DNA of 64,000 bases. Source: Candidatus Thorarchaeota archaeon (lineage in GTDB: Archaea > Asgardarchaeota > Thorarchaeia > Thorarchaeales > Thorarchaeaceae). Positions 59,088-64,000 of this stretch are shown piece by piece. The first letter of the stretch is position 1, and every line of letters starts with the position of its first letter. Location of the stretch: NCBI GenBank assembly GCA_016840855.1, contig JAEORO010000069.1:74952-138951 (forward strand), given 5' to 3'. The position numbers were made by a program, and so were the translations under genes. The notes under the pieces were generated by a model. It saw only the letters and a list, made by a program, of their open reading frames with translations, searched no databases and was not told the origin of the DNA.

Positions 59088-59600
59088 TCACTCGTTTCTA
59101 GGAATACCGTAGTACGTCCACATACTCACAGGAGCACCTGCAAGTTTTAGATACATCCACAGCTGCATCTTGTGCATCGCTAAATGAGTTGTAATCTCAG
59201 GCAGGTAATGAGCCCAATTCCTATCGGGACCTTGTTCATAGACTGCCTTCAGATTCTCTTCGAGAGCTTGATCGTTTGACAATGCAGATATGTGCTCTTT
59301 GATAATACCTATTCCTTTGTCAAAGACTTTTAGCATACCCTCAATATTGTCACTCTTTAGTTGCTGTTCCATCTCTTGGATCTGTTCAACCTCTTGGAAT
59401 TTCTTTGTATAGCAATAAAAGTCAATCAACGGAGATAGAGCAAGGTGATTAGCCAGATCGTCGAGTGTACGAAGCGAATCCATCGGAGTAAATTGCATGT
59501 CTACATCTTTCACAGATGCAAGTACAAATCTCGCTTGCGAACTCTCATGCTCGAGCATATGTAATAGGATCGAAGGAATTGTATCCATTTCTAAAACCAA
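59088..59600 (-). CDS. DinB/YfiT-family protein
   Basis: FTP..SLRTL..LANHLA and HLAMHKMQLWMYLKLAG His pattern of the DinB superfamily. Confidence 0.8.
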   Translation of the reverse strand: MVLEMDTIPSILLHMLEHESSQARFVLASVKDVDMQFTPMDSLRTLDDLANHLALSPLIDFYCYTKKFQEVEQIQEMEQQLKSDNIEGMLKVFDKGIGIIKEHISALSNDQALEENLKAVYEQGPDRNWAHYLPEITTHLAMHKMQLWMYLKLAGAPVSMWTYYGIPRNE

Positions 59601-59695
59601 TCAATTTAGTAGTCAAAGTATCTCAAAATTATTTCGCTCGGTCTGCACGAGATTACTAGGGATTGCATAACAAAGTCAAAGGAGACATCCACGCA

Positions 59696-60838
59696 ATGAG
59701 AAAATTACAAGCGAGTGATCTTATGACACCAGCCCTCCTAATTGATCTGGAGCGGTTGGAGAACAATCTCAAAAGCATGATGGAGAAAGCCGAGTATAAT
59801 GGAGTGGATCTTCGTCCGCATATTAAGACTCACAAGTGCATCGAAATTGGTATGAAACAACTTGAGTACGGAGCACAGGGTATTACTGTTTCAACAATGG
59901 GTGAAGCAAGAGTATTTGCAGAAGCGGGTTTTGATGACATAACATATGCCGTCCCAATAGTACCTAACAAATTTGATAGCGTGGAACATGTTTCAGAAAA
60001 AGCTCACTTGAATGTTCTTTTGGATAATGAAAGCATTGCAGAGCAGCTTGATGCATTTTGTAGAAAGACTGAGATTTTGTTAGATGTCTTTGTCAAGGTT
60101 GATTGTGGATATCCTCGATGTGGAATTGATCCAAAAAGTCCTGCAGCAATCAAACTTGTGAAGAAGATACATAAAAGCCGCAATCTGAATTTTGAAGGAA
60201 TTCTTACCCATGCAGGTCACGCCTATGGTGCGATTAGTATTCAAGAAGTGAAAGATATTGCTAAGAAAGAACAGGACATCATGATACAATTTGCTAAGAC
60301 ACTGAAAGCAGAAAGCAAGGAACTAGCACCAGAAGTAGTGAGCATCGGCTCAACACCCACAACAGTTCTCACTCACAGTTTTCAGGAGGGCATCACTGAG
60401 ATACGCCCTGGGAACTATGTATTTTTTGATTACACTCAGGTTGCGTTGGGAATATGTAAGGTGACTGATTGCGCTCTCACAGTTCTCTCAAGTGTAATTT
60501 GTGAAAGTAATGGAAGAGCCATCAGCGATGCAGGTGCTACAGCGCTTTCAAAAGATCTTGGACCCACTCATATTGAGCCTAATCCAGGGTATGGAAAGAT
60601 ATTCCAAAATTATAAGAAAGGTGTCCTCGATACATCAATCATCATTGAATCTCTCTCACAAGAACACGGGAAAATTATCTATGAAGATATGTCACCCAAG
60701 CGATATGAGCTTGGAGAGAAGATTCGTATACTTCCAAATCATTCGTGTCTCACGGCAAATCTCTTTGATAACTACCAAGTTGTTGAAGGAGATTTAATTT
60801 TAGATACATGGCGCATTTGTCGAGAAAGAATCGAGTAA
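59696..60838 (+). CDS. PLP-dependent alanine racemase-fold enzyme (D-threonine aldolase / D-serine dehydratase DSD1-like)
   Basis: TPALLID, RPHIKTHK (PLP Lys), LTHAGH, GSTPT, EIRPGNYVFFD, SQEHG and PNHSC. Confidence 0.88.
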   Translation: MRKLQASDLMTPALLIDLERLENNLKSMMEKAEYNGVDLRPHIKTHKCIEIGMKQLEYGAQGITVSTMGEARVFAEAGFDDITYAVPIVPNKFDSVEHVSEKAHLNVLLDNESIAEQLDAFCRKTEILLDVFVKVDCGYPRCGIDPKSPAAIKLVKKIHKSRNLNFEGILTHAGHAYGAISIQEVKDIAKKEQDIMIQFAKTLKAESKELAPEVVSIGSTPTTVLTHSFQEGITEIRPGNYVFFDYTQVALGICKVTDCALTVLSSVICESNGRAISDAGATALSKDLGPTHIEPNPGYGKIFQNYKKGVLDTSIIIESLSQEHGKIIYEDMSPKRYELGEKIRILPNHSCLTANLFDNYQVVEGDLILDTWRICRERIE

Positions 60839-60908
60839 TATCCTTCATCTAAGAGATTCTGTGTGGTTTTTATACAGATACCAGTTTTACTATGATTGAG
60901 GGTGGCAC

Positions 60909-61727
60909 ATGAGTAGTGGGGCTGAAAAACAAGTATTGAAGATTATAGAGCATACAGAAATGACTGCGCCACAGATTCATGGTAACATGGCTGTGACTGG
61001 CTTGATTGATTACGACGCGGAACTCTATAATGGAATTGTATCCACTCAGATTGCTCTTGAGATGGGAAACATGAATGTCGAAGAAACTGGTAATGTACCT
61101 AGCCTTCGTTTCTTTGCTAAGGAACCCACATTGATTAGATGTGGAGAAGGAGTGCTCGGAGGTGGAAAGCAAGACCGTATAGTGGCTGAGAGTACTGTTA
61201 TTGAAGGACGTAGGAACCTCAATGTATTCTGCATTGAAGCAGGCAGATGGGAGTATTCTCATGGTGAATGGCTTCACACAAACACACCGATTACAATGCG
61301 TAGAGCAATAATGGAAGGACAGAATCAACATAATGTCTGGAGCATGGTCCAACAGATTCTTTCATCATGGGGAGTCCAGTCAGGAACTAGCGCACTTGGA
61401 GAACTGTATGTTCACCATGGTTTTGAATTTGAAAGATATGTCAGCCGCTTTAATTGGTCAGATGATGAAATTGGAATGATTGTTACAATAAATGGGAGTG
61501 TTCAAGGAGTAGAGGTTTTTGGAGACAAAATGGGATTGCGTAGGGACTATACGGCGATTTTAAAGGAAAGCTACGCCCCAATTGCTCTTAGGAGTATGAG
61601 GAGAGAGATGACTTATCAACATGTTAACGAGGGAATAAGCGAGTTCCTTTCAGAGTTGGAGTCAGGTCAGCGACATGTTCAGGTAGTTGATCATGAGTCA
61701 AAATTCGCTTATGCTTGCGTAGTATAG
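60909..61727 (+). CDS. ARPP-1 (DUF6569)-like domain protein
   Basis: GE.V.GGGKQDRIV...VFCIEAGRW, QHNVWSMV, GTSAL and GMIVTING..GVEVF. Confidence 0.7.
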   Translation: MSSGAEKQVLKIIEHTEMTAPQIHGNMAVTGLIDYDAELYNGIVSTQIALEMGNMNVEETGNVPSLRFFAKEPTLIRCGEGVLGGGKQDRIVAESTVIEGRRNLNVFCIEAGRWEYSHGEWLHTNTPITMRRAIMEGQNQHNVWSMVQQILSSWGVQSGTSALGELYVHHGFEFERYVSRFNWSDDEIGMIVTINGSVQGVEVFGDKMGLRRDYTAILKESYAPIALRSMRREMTYQHVNEGISEFLSELESGQRHVQVVDHESKFAYACVV

Positions 61728-62938
61728 TTATTTACATCCCGAGCGCGTTTGGTAAAGAGTATTGCTACTACAAAAATGACAATTATTGATGCACTTGCGA
61801 AAGAAATTAACACCATCATTGGTGATAGAAGAATTTCCACGAAAACAGAATCTGAATTAATTCCTCCATTCATCCATGGATAGTCAACTACTAGGGTGAA
61901 ATTGTGGCTTCCTGCAACAAAACCTTCCAACAGACAAGAGATGGATTGACCAACATATCCTGTAATTTGTTGAGAACTGCTTAGGTATACTACATTATTG
62001 TGATAGATTGTATAACTAATCGCATTCGGTAGGATTCCGCTGTATATCGTTAAATTCCAAACGATACGATTACCCGAGGTTCCTTCAAAGAAACTCAAGT
62101 CTGATGGAGAAACTATCTCGATAGTGGCACCAATTGGAACGTGATTTTGTGTAGATATTACAACATAGCCATCACTGTAATCACCCGGCCAATAATCACC
62201 AGGGATTCCCACAAAAGGTCCAGGATATACGGATAGATCAACACTGAATGCTCTAATCCTTACAATATAGTCTTGAATGAGAAATCCAGTCGTATTCCAA
62301 ATGAAGTAAGATTTTGTAAGATTGAGTGCTAATAGTTGGTAATAAGCACCGCCATCAGCGCTAAACCAGACTTGATAGAAATTGACATCATCAGCGTTCA
62401 GGTCGACCGATGACCATGTAATGTTGAAGAGCTTATCTCCCAATTCAATCGGATAATTCACGACAACAGAAGGCGCAAACCAATTACCAAAATCAACATC
62501 GAGATAAATAGAATGATCAATGCTCTCGTTCAGCGAATTCAGAACCGTGACATGGATCTCATGTGTAGAATTGCCAATGGTTTTGTAAGTATCATAACAA
62601 ATGAATCGAGATGTGTTCGATATTGTGAAATTTATTGAAACAAAGTACATCTCAATCCTAGAGAATTCTGTTAGACCATTGTAACTGGCATTCAATACAA
62701 TATGGTCTCCTACAAGCTGTGAATTGTTTTCAACTCTCTGAGGGAGTGAATTCCATCGGGAACTCCATGTCAAATTTACTGAACCTCCGCTCTGTGATAT
62801 CATTTCATTGAGAATTGGATATTCCGAATTGGTTTCGTAACTTATCGTCCCTTGGCTAGAATCTCCGATAATACAAAGTAGAAGCAGAGCAATAATTCCT
62901 AGCGCAACATTACTTCTTATGCCTGCAACCTCCACCAT
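61709..62938 (-). CDS. Secreted, C-terminally membrane-anchored protein with FnIII/Ig-like domains
   Basis: Signal peptide, many N-x-S/T sequons, a domain shared with the C-terminus of the 1610-aa subtilase, and C-terminal TM plus KRAR. Confidence 0.8.
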   Translation of the reverse strand: MVEVAGIRSNVALGIIALLLLCIIGDSSQGTISYETNSEYPILNEMISQSGGSVNLTWSSRWNSLPQRVENNSQLVGDHIVLNASYNGLTEFSRIEMYFVSINFTISNTSRFICYDTYKTIGNSTHEIHVTVLNSLNESIDHSIYLDVDFGNWFAPSVVVNYPIELGDKLFNITWSSVDLNADDVNFYQVWFSADGGAYYQLLALNLTKSYFIWNTTGFLIQDYIVRIRAFSVDLSVYPGPFVGIPGDYWPGDYSDGYVVISTQNHVPIGATIEIVSPSDLSFFEGTSGNRIVWNLTIYSGILPNAISYTIYHNNVVYLSSSQQITGYVGQSISCLLEGFVAGSHNFTLVVDYPWMNGGINSDSVFVEILLSPMMVLISFASASIIVIFVVAILFTKRARDVNNYTTQA

Positions 62939-63021
62939 GATTACTAGTATCTATGATATAGATACAAAATGATATGAATCTAATTCTTGAACATAAGAGT
63001 CCTGCAATGAAATAGAGTACA

Positions 63022-63774
63022 CTACTTGAGCCTGTTTGTGATGGTATGTCCACAATACGGACATTTTTCTTCTTCACCAGGAAGAATCGGTGCATCCAAT
63101 TTCCCATCGCAGTTAGGGCAGACGGTAACAGCCTTTGGAAGTTGAGAGACTGCTTCTTGAGTGTAGACCACTCTAGAGTTTTCATCGATGACTCCTCTGA
63201 ACTTGCCTTGCTTCGATAGCTCTTTCAAGGCATCCACAATCTGCTCATCTGTGGACTCTGTGACTTTGGAGATTTGATCGAAAGTCATCCGTCGTTGTGC
63301 ATATAGAAGATGAAGTAGACTCTCCTTCAAAGAAACAGCTTTTGGACTCACAATCTCATGTGCACGTCGATCTAGGTATACGAGAGGTAGTCTTCGTTTT
63401 GCTAGTTTTTCAGCTGCGTCAGCCACTACTTCTGGTTTAGCTCCAAGCTCTCTAGCAGCATCATCAACACTTATTCGACCCTCCTTCTGAACAAGCGGTA
63501 TGAGATTGCCTGATACATCTCCAATGCGCGCCTCACGGGTTCCTTTAGCAATCAACCAGAGTCCAATTGCGAGTTCTGGCAGGGCAACAATCGCCCATGC
63601 AACCATGCCAGATGCAATCAGTGTTGGAAAGTCTTGACCTTCAATCATGATAGTGCTTTGATATACAATATAGGTCATAGCAACTGATACAATACAGAGA
63701 ATCAAACCAACCAATTGAGCTAGACGCGGATGCACTATTCTCTCTCCTCTCATTTGTCGATGACACGAGTCCAA
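63022..63774 (-). CDS. Two-TM protein with tandem PCI-like winged-helix domains and C-terminal Zn ribbon
   Basis: 2 TM helices, GRISVDDAARELG...YLD and RMTFDQIS...LKELSKQGKFRGVIDENSRVV, then CPNC...CPYC. True start may be up to 13 codons downstream. Confidence 0.7.
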   Translation of the reverse strand: MDSCHRQMRGERIVHPRLAQLVGLILCIVSVAMTYIVYQSTIMIEGQDFPTLIASGMVAWAIVALPELAIGLWLIAKGTREARIGDVSGNLIPLVQKEGRISVDDAARELGAKPEVVADAAEKLAKRRLPLVYLDRRAHEIVSPKAVSLKESLLHLLYAQRRMTFDQISKVTESTDEQIVDALKELSKQGKFRGVIDENSRVVYTQEAVSQLPKAVTVCPNCDGKLDAPILPGEEEKCPYCGHTITNRLK

Positions 63775-64000
63775 TTATAGATTCCGACTCATAGGATGGC
63801 CAAGATATGGCTTGAGGTGGTGGTTTTTGATGAAATATTAGTGAAATTTACCTCAAAGTGGTCGAATCTATGCCAAACATCCCATGAGGCTTAGCGACGG
63901 ATAAGTTATATATAGACAGAACGTAGAGAACTGAAGTACAGACCCTGAAGGACGGTAATTACATTTGGTAATAGATAAGGAAGGCGCTACTTCAGCAATC

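Noticed and set aside
1283-63185. Numerous 60-170 aa ORFs antisense to or nested in long genes (e.g. 1283-1747, 3269-3640, 24811-25311, 31780-32223, 57260-57682, 60870-61352)
   Set aside because: They are shadow ORFs overlapping well-supported CDS and have no recognisable motifs.
1-64000. tRNA, rRNA, transposase, integrase or provirus
   Set aside because: No cloverleaf, rRNA-like GC-rich tract, transposase or integrase motif or terminal repeat was seen by eye. tRNAscan-SE, Infernal and ISEScan would be needed to exclude these formally.

Overview
A gene-dense archaeal chromosomal segment with about 55 CDS. I saw no rRNA, tRNA, CRISPR array or mobile element. The gene content suggests an Asgard archaeon, most likely Thorarchaeia (inference): archaeal GTPBP1-like GTPase, TFS-like Zn ribbon, PCI-like membrane protein, bacterial-type grpE-dnaK-dnaJ and many peptidases. 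Housekeeping genes include 3-hydroxyacyl-CoA dehydrogenase, a P2A ATPase, Sir2, CitG, glyoxylate reductase, Ogt, DUF1015-serC, ClC and USP, plus four large membrane-anchored S8 subtilases. The strongest candidate for a new system is at about 53.6-59.6 kb. There, a 710-aa single-pass membrane protein ends in a 49-residue cytoplasmic tail with 11 Cys and 9 His (7x CHSA, 2x CVSHD, ending GGFR). It is encoded divergently from a radical SAM/SPASM enzyme with a PqqD/RRE-like N-terminus and is followed by an HExxH metallopeptidase. This looks like a RiPP-type (ranthipeptide-like) modification system whose precursor is fused to a membrane protein. Other notable items are a subtilase with the architecture of eukaryotic Site-1 protease (MBTPS1), a CTL/SLC44 choline-transporter-like protein, a TFS paralogue lacking the catalytic C-terminal ribbon, and a membrane-tethered tandem PCI-like protein. 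All family calls are by eye from motifs; no searches were run.
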